Below, one piece after another: positions 18,822 to 29,319 of a stretch of DNA of 60,703 nt. Under the pieces are notes generated by a model, which was not told where the DNA came from, searched no databases, and saw only the letters and a list, made by a program, of their open reading frames with translations. The position numbers and the translations under genes were made by a program. The first letter of the stretch is position 1; every line of letters starts with the position of its first letter. The stretch comes from Patescibacteria group bacterium (GTDB lineage: Bacteria; Patescibacteriota; Minisyncoccia; UBA9983): assembly GCA_040752125.1 (NCBI GenBank), contig JBFMFK010000005.1, positions 1-60,703 on the forward strand, in the 5' to 3' direction.

Positions 18822-20822
18822 TTAAAACAATAAGGGTATCAAAAGAAGGGCAATTATATTGACGACCTTGATCATTGGGTTAATGGCAGGACCAGCAGTG
18901 TCTTTATAAGGATCGCCGACAGTGTCGCCAGTCACAGCTACCTGATGGGCAAAAGATCCCTTGCCACCAAATTCACTGGTTGGCGAACTTTCCTCAATAA
19001 ATTTTTTGGCATTATCCCAAGCAGCTCCGCCAGAGGTCATGGAAATTGCCAGAAAAAGTCCTGCAATAATTGCTCCGATTAATAAGCCGCCAAGAGCCTT
19101 TGGTCCTAAAATAAAGGCGACAAGAATAGTAATGATAATTGGCAATATGGCAGGTTTAATCATTGCTTTTAAGGCGGATTTAGTAGCAATATCAACGGCC
19201 TTGGCATAATCAGGTTTTGATTTTCCTTCCATAATTCCTTTAATGTCTTTGAATTGTCTTCTTACTTCTTCAACAATACTTGAGGCTGCCTTGCCAACAG
19301 CCTTCATAGCCATTGAGGCAAAGAGAAAAGGAAGAAGGGCACCAATCAAAAGCCCTGATAAGACAATTGGGTCTTGCAGCTCAATTTTGATTGATTGAGA
19401 AAATTTCTCTATTTCAGAAATATAGGAACCGAATAAAACCAAAGTTGCCAAGCCAGCTGAGCCAATTGCATAACCCTTTGTCACTGCCTTGGTTGTATTG
19501 CCAACAGCATCAAGAGCATCTGTTGATTTTCTCACTTCTGGAGGCAGGTTTGCCATTTCAGCAATACCACCAGCATTGTCAGTTATTGGACCGAAAGAAT
19601 CAATAGCCACAATAATTCCAGTTAAAGAAAGCATTGCCACAGCCGCGACCGCAATCCCATAAAGTCCAAAAAGCCAATGTGCAAAAAGCATGCCAATGGC
19701 AATGACAATAACCGGCAGGGCTGTTGATTCCATAGAAACAGCCAGCCCGGTAATTATATTTGTTCCGTGACCAGTGGTTGATGCTTTAGCAATGGATTGA
19801 ACCGGAGAGAATTTTTTTGAAGTATAATATTCTGTAAAAACAACGATAAGGAAAGTAATTAAAATCCCGATAATTCCGGAAAGATATAATTTAATCCAAT
19901 CTCCAGAAATATTACTAAATCTCGCCGCTGGAAGAAAGAAGAGAGCGGAAATAATCGCAGCGGCAGTCAATCCTTTATATAATCCAGCCATAATATTTAT
20001 TTCTCCCAAGGATTTTTTTGGGAGACGGACAAAAAAAGTACTGATTAAAGAAGCAATAATAGCCAATCCTCCTAAAAGAAGAGGGAAAAGAACAGCTAGC
20101 ATATTTGATGAAAAAAGAAGAGAACCCAAGAGCATCGCAGCAATAATGGTAACAGCATAGGTCTCAAAAAGATCAGCAGCCATTCCTGCACAATCACCAA
20201 CATTGTCACCAACATTGTCAGCAATAACCGCAGGATTTCTTGGGTCATCTTCAGGAATACCTGCTTCAATTTTTCCTACTAAATCAGCACCAACATCAGC
20301 CGCCTTAGTATAAATTCCTCCTCCCAGACGCGAAAAGACAGAAATTAAAGAACCACCAAAACCAAGACCAATGAGAGAATTTATATCTTTTGTGATTATC
20401 CAAAACAAAGAAACAACCAGCAGGGCCAAACCAGCGACTAAAAACCCGGTGACCGATCCTCCTAAAAAGGCCAATCTAAAAGCTTGATTAACCCCGGATT
20501 TTGCTGATTCTGCCACCCGAGAATTAGTCATTACTGCTGTAAGCATACCAAAATAGCCTGCTAGGGCAGAGGCAAAGGCACCGATTAAAAATCCCAAGGC
20601 TGTTTTGAAATTAAAAAAATACCAGAGTAAAATGATTAAAACAATTGCCACTAAAGAAATAGTTTTATACTGTCTTTTCAGATAGGTCTTTGAACCTTCC
20701 TGGATTGCCTTACTTATCTCCTGCATTTTCTCATTTCCTGCTGATTCTTTAAGAATTTTCCCGCGGATAAAAAATGCGGAAGCAATGGCGATTAAAGATG
20801 ATAAGATTGCAAAATAAACCAT
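18822..20822 (-). CDS. hppA: Membrane-bound H+(or Na+)-translocating pyrophosphatase
   Basis: Polytopic protein with diagnostic V-PPase blocks ([45 protein letters not shown]). The start is taken at MVYFAILSS (ATG 20822) rather than the tracked 20927. Confidence 0.9.
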   Translation of the reverse strand: MVYFAILSSLIAIASAFFIRGKILKESAGNEKMQEISKAIQEGSKTYLKRQYKTISLVAIVLIILLWYFFNFKTALGFLIGAFASALAGYFGMLTAVMTNSRVAESAKSGVNQAFRLAFLGGSVTGFLVAGLALLVVSLFWIITKDINSLIGLGFGGSLISVFSRLGGGIYTKAADVGADLVGKIEAGIPEDDPRNPAVIADNVGDNVGDCAGMAADLFETYAVTIIAAMLLGSLLFSSNMLAVLFPLLLGGLAIIASLISTFFVRLPKKSLGEINIMAGLYKGLTAAAIISALFFLPAARFSNISGDWIKLYLSGIIGILITFLIVVFTEYYTSKKFSPVQSIAKASTTGHGTNIITGLAVSMESTALPVIVIAIGMLFAHWLFGLYGIAVAAVAMLSLTGIIVAIDSFGPITDNAGGIAEMANLPPEVRKSTDALDAVGNTTKAVTKGYAIGSAGLATLVLFGSYISEIEKFSQSIKIELQDPIVLSGLLIGALLPFLFASMAMKAVGKAASSIVEEVRRQFKDIKGIMEGKSKPDYAKAVDIATKSALKAMIKPAILPIIITILVAFILGPKALGGLLIGAIIAGLFLAISMTSGGAAWDNAKKFIEESSPTSEFGGKGSFAHQVAVTGDTVGDPYKDTAGPAINPMIKVVNIIALLLIPLLF

Positions 20823-20927
20823 AATTTTTAGAATGTAATACGTAAACTGTAATAAATAATCCGTAATATTTAATTTATCAAAATAATCTCCAAAATACAA
20901 TTTCAAAAATTTACCACACACCTGCAA

Positions 20928-20970
20928 CAGACAACGATGTGCAGCACTCGGTGCTGCACATCGTTGTCTG
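20928..20970 (-). terminator. Perfect 20-bp G+C-rich hairpin between nusA and hppA (attenuator, terminator or processing site)
   Basis: CAGACAACGATGTGCAGCAC / tcg / GTGCTGCACATCGTTGTCTG. No canonical U-tract on either strand, so terminator function is uncertain. Confidence 0.35.
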
Positions 20971-20995
20971 AAAATTACTGATTACTTGTTACTTG

Positions 20996-22153
20996 TTACC
21001 CTGTTGCAATTCCTTCTCCTTCTACTTCTCCTTCTTCATTGGCCTTGGCTATAGATTTTCCCTCTTTTGAGCGAATGTCTATTTTCCAGCCAGTCAGCTT
21101 AGCTGCTAGGCGGACATTTTGTCCGTTTTTGCCGATAGCCAATGAGAATTGATCTTCTTCAACAAGCACCTTCGCCTCTTTGGTTTTCTTTTTTGCTTCA
21201 ACATCTAAAATTTTGGCCGGAGAAAGAGCATTGGTGATGAATTGTTCAATATCGTCTGACCATTCAATGATATCTATTTTTTCTCCCCCCAATTCGGCAA
21301 TGATTGTATTAATTCTGATCCCACGCTGACCCACACACGAACCTACGGGATCAACATCTTCTTGGTTGGAAAAAACAGCGATTTTAGAACGTGAACCAGC
21401 TTCGCGGGCAATATTTTTTATTTCTACGATTCTATTGGCAATCTCCGGCACTTCCATCTCAAAAAGTTTTGCGATAAATTTTGGATGAGATCTTGAAAGA
21501 TAAATGCTAATGCCTCTGGCCGTTTGCTCCACAAGAAAGATAAGTGCCTTAACTCTCTCGCCAATTCTATATCTTTCTCCCCTTATTTGTTCATCTTTTG
21601 GGAGAATGGCTGTGATTCGACTAAGATCAACAAAAACATTATTGTTTTCAATGCGCTGAACTATGCCGCTGACAATTTCGCCTTCTTTGTTTTTAAACTC
21701 ATCAAAAACAGATTCTTTCTCTGCCTCTCTTATTCTCTGGATGATAACCTGTTTAGCTGTCTGGGCAGCGATGCGTCCGTAATCTTTGCGCGGCTCAAGA
21801 GGAAAGATTAATTCATCTTCTGGCTTAACATTTTTCTTTATCTTTTTTGCCTCCTCGATCATTATATGGTGTTCTGAATTAAATTTGACCTTATGGATTT
21901 CATCTGTCTCTTCCTCTTTAATTTCTTCATCTTCTCTTAACATGGATGAGTCAACAACTATTTTGATTTGATAAAAAGATGTTTCACCTGTATTAATATC
22001 AAATTTCGCCCTTATAATCTGGCCCTTTTTGCCAGCATCTTTTTTATAAGCAGCAGCCAGGGCATCCTGGATAGATTCTATGATTTTTTCTCTGGGAATA
22101 CCCCTTTCCATCTCCAGTTGCTCAAGGGCTGATTGTAATGCTTTTATATCCAT
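20996..22153 (-). CDS. nusA: Transcription termination/antitermination factor NusA
   Basis: The N-terminus MDIKALQSALEQLEMERGIPREKIIESIQDALAAAYKK, S1 and two KH regions (GSCVGQRGIRI, AIGKNGQNVRLAAKLTGWKIDI). The start is chosen at ATG 22153. Confidence 0.9.
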   Translation of the reverse strand: MDIKALQSALEQLEMERGIPREKIIESIQDALAAAYKKDAGKKGQIIRAKFDINTGETSFYQIKIVVDSSMLREDEEIKEEETDEIHKVKFNSEHHIMIEEAKKIKKNVKPEDELIFPLEPRKDYGRIAAQTAKQVIIQRIREAEKESVFDEFKNKEGEIVSGIVQRIENNNVFVDLSRITAILPKDEQIRGERYRIGERVKALIFLVEQTARGISIYLSRSHPKFIAKLFEMEVPEIANRIVEIKNIAREAGSRSKIAVFSNQEDVDPVGSCVGQRGIRINTIIAELGGEKIDIIEWSDDIEQFITNALSPAKILDVEAKKKTKEAKVLVEEDQFSLAIGKNGQNVRLAAKLTGWKIDIRSKEGKSIAKANEEGEVEGEGIATG

Positions 22154-22258
22154 ATTTTTATAAGTTTTTATAAAATTAAAGTCCGTTTGAAGACGGACTA
22201 ATTTAAATATAAACAATTAAGTTTTCTTGTCAAGGAAAAATTTGCTATATTATACATA

Positions 22259-23209
22259 ATGCAGTTTTTAAAAAATATTTTTGAACAGCTGAATTTTGTC
22301 AGCCAGTGCAGAAAATACAACATCAAAATGTGGCAATGTCCACAATTTCTCTTTATTTTGATGGGTATTGTCATCATTAGCAGTATTCTGGCTACGGATT
22401 TTGTGGCGCGCAATTTTACTGAACCAGAAATTGTTGCCTTGATTGTTTTGGGATTGACGATTTTTCTTTTCATCATCGGCTACATCATTATCAAATCCTT
22501 TGAAAGGATGGCCAATGCTGCCAGAGACAAACTAGAATTTATCAGAATAATTTCACATCGTTTCCGCTCTCCTCTTTCAGCCATAAAATGGCAATTAGAC
22601 TTGCTCTCTAATAAAAACAATCTTTTGGGGTCTGATCAATCAGAACTTGTTTTGTGGGAGATCAAAAAACAGAATGATAAGATGATCAGAATTGTTAATG
22701 ATCTTTTGGAACTGAATTTTATTGAAGATAACAAACTCATTCTCAATCCTACCGCCTTCTCATTGAAAGATTTAACAGAAGAAATTATTCAATCACAAAG
22801 AGAAAATGCTGATAAGCAGAACATAGAAATGTTCATTTCTTCTCCGCCATCCCTGCAGCCTGTTTTTGCCGATAGAGAAAAAATAAAAAATGTTATCTTT
22901 CATTTGATTGACAATGCCATAAGATATAATCCCAACGGAGGCAAAGTCACTGTTAATCTGGAAAATATAGCTGACTCTATCTGTTTATCAGTGAACGATG
23001 AGGGGGTAGGGATTTCCAAACAGGAATCAAAGAAAATCTTTGGTAAATTCTTCAGGAGTGAAGGATCACTTAAATACCAAACAGAAGGAACCGGTATAGG
23101 ACTTTTTATTTCCAAGTCTATAATTGAAAATTCCGGCGGCAAGATGGGATTTAGAACCATAGAGGGCAGAGGATCAACATTTTGGTTTACACTTCCTATT
23201 AGCAGATAA
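22259..23209 (+). CDS. Sensor histidine kinase
   Basis: Two N-terminal TM segments. H-box ISHRFRSPLSAIKW. N, G1 and G2 boxes (DNAIRYN, DEGVGI, GTGIGL). Confidence 0.8.
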   Translation: MQFLKNIFEQLNFVSQCRKYNIKMWQCPQFLFILMGIVIISSILATDFVARNFTEPEIVALIVLGLTIFLFIIGYIIIKSFERMANAARDKLEFIRIISHRFRSPLSAIKWQLDLLSNKNNLLGSDQSELVLWEIKKQNDKMIRIVNDLLELNFIEDNKLILNPTAFSLKDLTEEIIQSQRENADKQNIEMFISSPPSLQPVFADREKIKNVIFHLIDNAIRYNPNGGKVTVNLENIADSICLSVNDEGVGISKQESKKIFGKFFRSEGSLKYQTEGTGIGLFISKSIIENSGGKMGFRTIEGRGSTFWFTLPISR

Positions 23210-23234
23210 ATCAATAATAGACAATAATAGATTT

Positions 23235-23600
23235 ATGTCAAAAAAGATTCTTTTTATAGAAGACGAGATGAAACTCCACAAGGTCTTTGAACAGGTTTTT
23301 AAAAAGGAAGATTTTGAATTGATTTCTGCTTATGACGGAGAAAACGGCTTAAGATTGGCTGAAGAAAAATATCCTGACTTGATTTTACTTGACTTGATTT
23401 TACCCAAGAAACACGGTTTTGATGTTCTGGATAATCTAAAGAAAAATCCAAGATTATCCAATATCCCTGTTATTGTCCTGACCAATCTTGAAGGACCAGC
23501 TGATATAGAAAAAGCATTATCATCAGGCGCTCAGGCGTACCTGATAAAAACTTCTTATTCTATGGAGGAAATAATGAAAAAGATAAAGGAATTTCTTTAA
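23235..23600 (+). CDS. Stand-alone response-regulator receiver domain (CheY-like)
   Basis: ILFIEDE...LILLDLILP...VIVLTN..KAL receiver signature. No output domain (121 aa). Confidence 0.85.
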   Translation: MSKKILFIEDEMKLHKVFEQVFKKEDFELISAYDGENGLRLAEEKYPDLILLDLILPKKHGFDVLDNLKKNPRLSNIPVIVLTNLEGPADIEKALSSGAQAYLIKTSYSMEEIMKKIKEFL

Positions 23601-23603
23601 TCT

Positions 23604-25352
23604 ATGAGGGTTGAGCCTCAACAACTAAAGATGTTTTTGCTTGACTCAGGTTTGGTTTCCAGTGATGATATCAATGTTGCCGAAGAAAAAGCGAAGAAAA
23701 ATAAAAAATATTTAGGCAACATTCTGGTAGAAGAAGGAAAAATTTCAGAAGATGATCTGAGACGTTTAGAAGCCTATATTCTGGGTGTGCCATTTGTAAG
23801 TCTTGAGAATGAAAAGATAGATTTTGAAGTTTTAAGTTTAATCCCAGAACCCATTGCCAGAACACACAATATAGTTGCCTATAAAAAAACTGATAATAAT
23901 TTAGAGGTGGCCATGCTGGACCCAGAAGATCTGGGAACGATTGATTTTATTAAAAAGAAGTTAAATTATAGAATTCTGCCGCGACTGACAGATGTCCAGT
24001 CAATCAAAAGCGTTCTCACTCAATACCAAAAAAGTCTACAGGCTGAATTTGGCGACATCATCCAAAAAGAGGCCCTCTCTTTAAGAGTCGTGTCAGAAAA
24101 AGAAAAAGAAACAGCAGAAGAAGATTTGAAAAAATTAGCTGAGGAGGTGCCGGTGGTGAGAATAGTGGACACGCTTTTTCGTCACGCCATTCTTCAGAAG
24201 GCAAGTGATATTCACATTGAGCCAATGGAAAAAGAAGTTATCGCACGTTATAGAATTGATGGCATCTTAAGAAATGCTATGGTTCTTCCCAAAAACGTTA
24301 GCGCCGGTCTTATAGCGAGGATAAAAGTTTTAGCCAATCTCAAATTAGATGAGAAGAGACTTCCCCAAGACGGTAGATTTAAACTTGAAACCCCTGACGA
24401 ACGAGTTTCATTTCGCGTCTCCATTCTCCCGGTTTTTTATGGAGAGAAGGCTGTTTTAAGAATTTTAAGAGAGAATGTTAAGGGTTTTACTTTGGAAGGT
24501 TTGGGTTTTGGCGAGTTGCAGATTGAACATTTACATCGGGCAATAAAAAGACCCCATGGCATGATCTTGGTAACAGGCCCCACTGGCTCTGGAAAGACAA
24601 CCACACTTTATAGTGTTATGGAAATTTTGAATATCCCTCAAGTTAATATTTCTACTATTGAAGATCCTATTGAATACCAAATACCTAGAGTGAACCAGAC
24701 GCAGGTCAAGCCCGAAATTGGCTTCAGTTTTGCTTCAGGTTTGAGATCTTTGGTGCGTCAGGATCCTGATATCATTATGGTAGGAGAGATTAGAGATAAT
24801 GAAACTGCCTCTCTGGCTGTCAATGCGGCCCTGACTGGTCACCTCGTTCTCTCCACACTCCATACGAATTCTGCGGCTGGAGCCATACCAAGATTATTGG
24901 ATATGAAAGTTGAGCCGTTTTTATTAGCTTCCACTTTAAACTTGATTGTTGCTCAAAGATTAGTAAGGAGACTTTGTTCTGTGAAAGAAAAATATTTTTT
25001 AAGCAAATTACAATTAAATGATCTAAAATATAGTATTGATATAGAAAAAGTACATCAGCTTTTAATTGAGAGAAAGATAATCCATTCTCAGGACAATTGG
25101 GAAAAGATACCGTTTTACAAGCCAAAAGAGTCCAAGGATTGTACAGATGGATATAGAGATAGAATTGGCATCCACGAAGTTTTAGAGGTGAGAGAATCTA
25201 TCAAGAACTTAATTATGTCTAATGCAACCTCTGACGACATTGAAAAACAGGCCAAGAAAGAAGGTATGAGCACAATGGTAGAAGATGGGATTATTAAGGC
25301 CGTTCAAGGAATTACTACAATAGAAGAAGTTTTAAGAGTAACCAGGGAATAA
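23604..25352 (+). CDS. pilB: Type IV pilus assembly ATPase (GspE/PilB family)
   Basis: N-terminal GSPII-E N-domain-like region. Walker A GPTGSGKTTT, Asp box, Walker B MVGEIRD, His box LVLSTLHTN. Confidence 0.9.
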   Translation: MRVEPQQLKMFLLDSGLVSSDDINVAEEKAKKNKKYLGNILVEEGKISEDDLRRLEAYILGVPFVSLENEKIDFEVLSLIPEPIARTHNIVAYKKTDNNLEVAMLDPEDLGTIDFIKKKLNYRILPRLTDVQSIKSVLTQYQKSLQAEFGDIIQKEALSLRVVSEKEKETAEEDLKKLAEEVPVVRIVDTLFRHAILQKASDIHIEPMEKEVIARYRIDGILRNAMVLPKNVSAGLIARIKVLANLKLDEKRLPQDGRFKLETPDERVSFRVSILPVFYGEKAVLRILRENVKGFTLEGLGFGELQIEHLHRAIKRPHGMILVTGPTGSGKTTTLYSVMEILNIPQVNISTIEDPIEYQIPRVNQTQVKPEIGFSFASGLRSLVRQDPDIIMVGEIRDNETASLAVNAALTGHLVLSTLHTNSAAGAIPRLLDMKVEPFLLASTLNLIVAQRLVRRLCSVKEKYFLSKLQLNDLKYSIDIEKVHQLLIERKIIHSQDNWEKIPFYKPKESKDCTDGYRDRIGIHEVLEVRESIKNLIMSNATSDDIEKQAKKEGMSTMVEDGIIKAVQGITTIEEVLRVTRE

Positions 25353-25353
25353 A

Positions 25354-26562
25354 GTGCATTTTAGTTACATAGCCAAAAAAATATCTGGAGAGGAAATTAA
25401 GGGAGTAATGGACGCTAAGGATAAATTTGATCTTGCCAGAATGTTAAGACAGCAGGACTATTTTCTGGTTTCCTGCAAAGAAGAATCCGGGAAGAAAAGT
25501 CTCTTACATTTTAGATCATTACTCGGCAGAGTTTCCATTTCAGAAAAGATGTTTTTCAGTAGAAACATTTCCATAATGATTTCTGCCGGTGTCTCTATTG
25601 CACGCAGCCTTGATATTTTATGCCGACAGACAAAAAATAAAAGTTTTAAAAAAATTATCATCAGTCTCGCAGATAATATAAAGAAAGGAAATACTCTAAG
25701 CGAGAGCATGAAAATTTATCCCAAAATTTTTCCCCCATTTTTTACAGCCATGGTTAAAGTGGGAGAAGAGAGCGGAAATTTAAGCGAGTCTCTCAGACTT
25801 ATTGGCGAGCAGCTTGAAAGAGATCATACCTTAAGGAAAAAAATTAAAGGAGCCCTGGTATATCCTGCTATAATCATTACGGCTATGGTCGGTATTGGCA
25901 TTCTAATGCTGATTTATGTTGTACCAACACTTGTTTCCACATTTCAGGAATTGGGGGTAGATTTGCCCATTAGTACGCGCATAGTCATTGCCACCAGCAA
26001 TTCCTTGTTGAATTACCCTCTGGTTTTTGTTGCAGCTCTTTTTATACTGGCATCATTACTGCTTTTCTTTTTCCGTTCTCAAAAAGGCAGATATTTGATG
26101 AGCAATATTTTAATGCGTCTCCCTCTTTTCTCATCCTTGGTCAAAAAAATAAACTCCGCCAGAACTGCCAGAACCCTATCGTCATTAATTAGTGCTGGAG
26201 TTGATATTTTGAATGCCTTGACTATAACAAAAGATGTTCTAACGAACTATAAATATCAAGAGGTTATCCAAAGGGCCAGAGATGATATTCAAAAAGGCAT
26301 GCCGATTTCTGAATCTTTTAAGAAAGCCTCTAATGTTTACCCCATTTTGGTTGGAGAAATGATGGCGGTGGGAGAGGAAACTGGAAAGCTGTCGGAAATG
26401 CTTTTGCGCATAGCCGGATTTTATGAAGATGAAGTGGCAGAGACCACAAAAAATATGTCCACTATTATTGAACCGATTTTAATGGTAATCATTGGTGCAG
26501 TTGTGGGGTTTTTTGCTGTATCTATGATCAAGCCAATGTATTCTATGGTCAATAATATGTAA
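25354..26562 (+). CDS. pilC: Type IV pilus platform protein (GspF/PilC family)
   Basis: GTG start. Two T2SS-F repeats (..MISAGVSIARSLDIL.. and ..LISAGVDILNALTI..) and 3 TM segments. Confidence 0.85.
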   Translation: MHFSYIAKKISGEEIKGVMDAKDKFDLARMLRQQDYFLVSCKEESGKKSLLHFRSLLGRVSISEKMFFSRNISIMISAGVSIARSLDILCRQTKNKSFKKIIISLADNIKKGNTLSESMKIYPKIFPPFFTAMVKVGEESGNLSESLRLIGEQLERDHTLRKKIKGALVYPAIIITAMVGIGILMLIYVVPTLVSTFQELGVDLPISTRIVIATSNSLLNYPLVFVAALFILASLLLFFFRSQKGRYLMSNILMRLPLFSSLVKKINSARTARTLSSLISAGVDILNALTITKDVLTNYKYQEVIQRARDDIQKGMPISESFKKASNVYPILVGEMMAVGEETGKLSEMLLRIAGFYEDEVAETTKNMSTIIEPILMVIIGAVVGFFAVSMIKPMYSMVNNM

Positions 26563-26567
26563 TAATT

Positions 26568-27020
26568 ATGAAAGGATTTACCATTATTGAAATTCTTATT
26601 TTTTTGGCAATTATGGTTATTGTTATTTCCATTGTCTTTGTTTCTTTTACATCCCTCAGAAAGACACAATCTTTAGACAATGCCGTTGACAACATTGTGG
26701 CGTTAATCAACGAGGCGCGCTCTAGAACGCTTGCCTCAAAGGATTTTTCTCAGTATGGCGTCCATTTTGAATCATCCCGGGCAGTGCTTTTCAAAGGAAC
26801 AATGTTTTCCGAACCTAGTTCAGACAATTCTGAATTTGCACTTCCTGCAATTCTTGAAATTTCCGGCATCGCTTTAAATGGCGGAGGAAGCGATACTGTT
26901 TTTCAAAGAATTACCGGCAAGACGGATAATTTTGGTACAATTACCTTAAGGATTAAATCTGACACAGGAACAATAAAAAATATCAATATTAGATTAACTG
27001 GAATGATTGATGCCAATTAA
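26568..27020 (+). CDS. Prepilin-type N-terminal methylation-domain pseudopilin (GspH/FimT-like)
   Basis: MKG|FTIIEILIFLAIMVIV class-III signal peptide with Glu at +5. Confidence 0.75.
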   Translation: MKGFTIIEILIFLAIMVIVISIVFVSFTSLRKTQSLDNAVDNIVALINEARSRTLASKDFSQYGVHFESSRAVLFKGTMFSEPSSDNSEFALPAILEISGIALNGGGSDTVFQRITGKTDNFGTITLRIKSDTGTIKNINIRLTGMIDAN

Positions 27021-27498
27021 AAAAATAAAAAATTATAAAAACGGAATCGGACTAATTGAAGTGGTGATAGGAAGTACGATAATACTGCTTGCATTTTTGG
27101 GATTGATGTCAGTCGCCAATATGTCTTTGAGAATTTTAGAGGTCAATAATCATAATCTTCAGGCCTCTTTTCTTTTGGAAGAGGGGGTGGAAGCGATAAA
27201 ATCTTTCAGGGACTCTGGATGGAATCAGAACATCGCCACTCTTTCCTCTGGGAACAATTATTATTTAGACTTCAACGGAGCATCTTGGCAATCTACGACT
27301 ACAAATATTTTTATAGATAATTTTTTTGAAAGAAAATTTACAATTGAAGACGTGAGAAGAGACGCCGATAATGATATTTCAACATCCGGGAATATAGATC
27401 CCGGGACAAAGAAAATCAATGTTTATATTTCTTGGGTGGAGAGAGGAGCAACGACAACCAAATCCATCTCAACTTATTTAACAAACATTTTTGAATAA
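27007..27498 (+). CDS. Minor pilin-like protein
   Basis: ..NGIGLIEVVIGSTIILLAF.. is a degenerate prepilin N-terminus. Lies within the pilin gene run. Confidence 0.55.
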   Translation: MMPIKKIKNYKNGIGLIEVVIGSTIILLAFLGLMSVANMSLRILEVNNHNLQASFLLEEGVEAIKSFRDSGWNQNIATLSSGNNYYLDFNGASWQSTTTNIFIDNFFERKFTIEDVRRDADNDISTSGNIDPGTKKINVYISWVERGATTTKSISTYLTNIFE

Positions 27499-27501
27499 TT
27501 C

Positions 27502-28011
27502 ATGAAAAAATCAAAGGGAGTCAGTCTAATAGAAGGGATAATTTATATGGCAATTTTTATTGTGATTTCTGTTGCAGTGATAAATTCCCTTATCATTGTT
27601 TTGGGGTCTTTCGGCAAGGCAAAATTGCTCAGCGCAATTGATTATTCTGGAGAGGCGGCCATGGAAAGAATGATCAGAGAAACAAGAATGTCTTATGATG
27701 TTGATTCTTCCTTTAGTGTTTTTGGTTCCAATCCCGGCCGGCTGGTTTTAAAAAAATATATTTCAGGCGGCGCCACAACAACAGTTGATTTTTATATAAA
27801 CAACGGCTTATTGTTTGTTTCAGAAGGAGGAGAAGCAGGAGAAACTTTAATTTATTCCGGTGTTTCAGTAAGCAACTTTACATTAAATTCCATTTCTAGT
27901 TCAACAACTTCTAAGGCAATAAAGATATCCCTGGAACTAATGGCAAATAGGGGCGATTATCAGCGTACAGAAAGATTTTATGACACCGCTATTTTAAGAG
28001 ACAGTTATTAA
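27502..28011 (+). CDS. Minor pilin-like protein
   Basis: MKKSKGVSLIEGIIYMAIFIVISVAV is a prepilin-like N-terminus. Confidence 0.6.
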   Translation: MKKSKGVSLIEGIIYMAIFIVISVAVINSLIIVLGSFGKAKLLSAIDYSGEAAMERMIRETRMSYDVDSSFSVFGSNPGRLVLKKYISGGATTTVDFYINNGLLFVSEGGEAGETLIYSGVSVSNFTLNSISSSTTSKAIKISLELMANRGDYQRTERFYDTAILRDSY

Positions 28012-28012
28012 A

Positions 28013-29299
28013 ATGAAATTTAAAAATCAAAATAATTACAAAGAAGGCCAGGCAATAATAACAACAGTTGTTTTTCTTATTTTTGTTTTGATTATTATTG
28101 TTGCGAGTTTTTCTTTTTCTGTTTTAAAAGGCGCAAAAATATCGCGCAATTCCTTAGATTCTAAAAAAAGTTATTTTCTGGCTGAGGCAGGCGTTGAAGA
28201 TGTTTCTTACAGAATGATAAAGGGCAAACTCTATTCTAATATGGAGGTCTTAATTCTTGATGGGCATTATGCTACCACCACAGTGATTGTTGGTTTTGGC
28301 AATGAAAAAGAGGTGGTTGCTGAAGCTGACGTTGATAAAGCCATCAGAAAGACTAAAACCACTCTCACAACTGATGCTGGCACTTCCTTTTTTTACGGAG
28401 TTCAAGTAGACGACGGAGGATTGGTTATGGAAAACAATTCTACTGTAACAGGCAATATCTATTCTAACGGTCCTGTTAATGGTGCTAATTCAAATTTGAC
28501 CAAGGGAAGTGTAGTATCAGCAGGACCGAGCGGCTTAATCAATGGCATCAATGCCACAAGTTCGGCCTATGCCCACACCATTTCAAACAGCACCATAGAT
28601 GGCGATGCCTATTACCAGATTATTTCAAATACCACTGTCAACGGTCAGATTTTTCCGGGCAGCCCGGATCAGCCCTCTAGTGAGCTGCCAATTACAGACG
28701 AGATGATTACTGATTGGGAAAATGCAGCTACTGTTTCAGTTATAAGTTCCCCCTGCCCCTACATTATAAATTCTGATACTCTCTTGGGTCCGGTAAAAAT
28801 TAATTGTAATCTGACAATTCAAGGTGACCCTACAATTACTTTAACAGGAATGGTGTGGGTAGTTGGCAACATTACTATTGAAAATACCGCCATTATCCGC
28901 TTAGACTCATCGCTTCTGGATAAAAGCATTGCCATTATTGCAGATAATCCGGCTAATAGATTAACTAGCAGCAAAATTAACCTCCAAAACAGTGTTCAGT
29001 TCCAGGGTTCAGGAACAGAAGGTTCTTATATTCTGCTTGTCTCTCAAAACAACAGTGCTGAAAACGGAGGTTCTGAAGCGGCAATCAATGTCCAAAATTC
29101 CGTTTCCGGCAAGTTGCTTGTCTATGCCGCTCACGGCGAAATACAATTGCAAAACAGCGTTAATCTGAAAGAAGTTACGGGATATAAAATTAGATTAAAG
29201 AATACAGCAAATATAATTTATGAAACAGGATTAGCTAGTTTGCTTTTTGAAACTGGACCCGGCGGCGGTTATAATCTGATTGATTGGGAGGAAATATAA
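28013..29299 (+). CDS. Large PilX-like minor pilin / putative tip protein with beta-helix-like repeats
   Basis: The N-terminus ..EGQAIITTVVFLIFVLIII is PilX-like. The central region has repeated N-x-T-V-x-G-x-I motifs suggesting a parallel beta-helix. Confidence 0.5.
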   Translation: MKFKNQNNYKEGQAIITTVVFLIFVLIIIVASFSFSVLKGAKISRNSLDSKKSYFLAEAGVEDVSYRMIKGKLYSNMEVLILDGHYATTTVIVGFGNEKEVVAEADVDKAIRKTKTTLTTDAGTSFFYGVQVDDGGLVMENNSTVTGNIYSNGPVNGANSNLTKGSVVSAGPSGLINGINATSSAYAHTISNSTIDGDAYYQIISNTTVNGQIFPGSPDQPSSELPITDEMITDWENAATVSVISSPCPYIINSDTLLGPVKINCNLTIQGDPTITLTGMVWVVGNITIENTAIIRLDSSLLDKSIAIIADNPANRLTSSKINLQNSVQFQGSGTEGSYILLVSQNNSAENGGSEAAINVQNSVSGKLLVYAAHGEIQLQNSVNLKEVTGYKIRLKNTANIIYETGLASLLFETGPGGGYNLIDWEEI

Positions 29300-29319
29300 A
29301 AAATGATAAAATAAATTTT

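Noticed and set aside
20823-20927. Longer N-termini given by the ORF track for hppA (to 20927), nusA (to 22216), tpiA (from 29284), the EndoQ-like gene (from 44875), MNT (to 34443), the antitoxin (to 33089) and lnt (from 5032).
   Set aside because: The extensions precede the conserved N-terminal blocks, overlap upstream genes or promoter boxes, and have no homolog-like sequence. Internal ATGs at the canonical N-termini were preferred.
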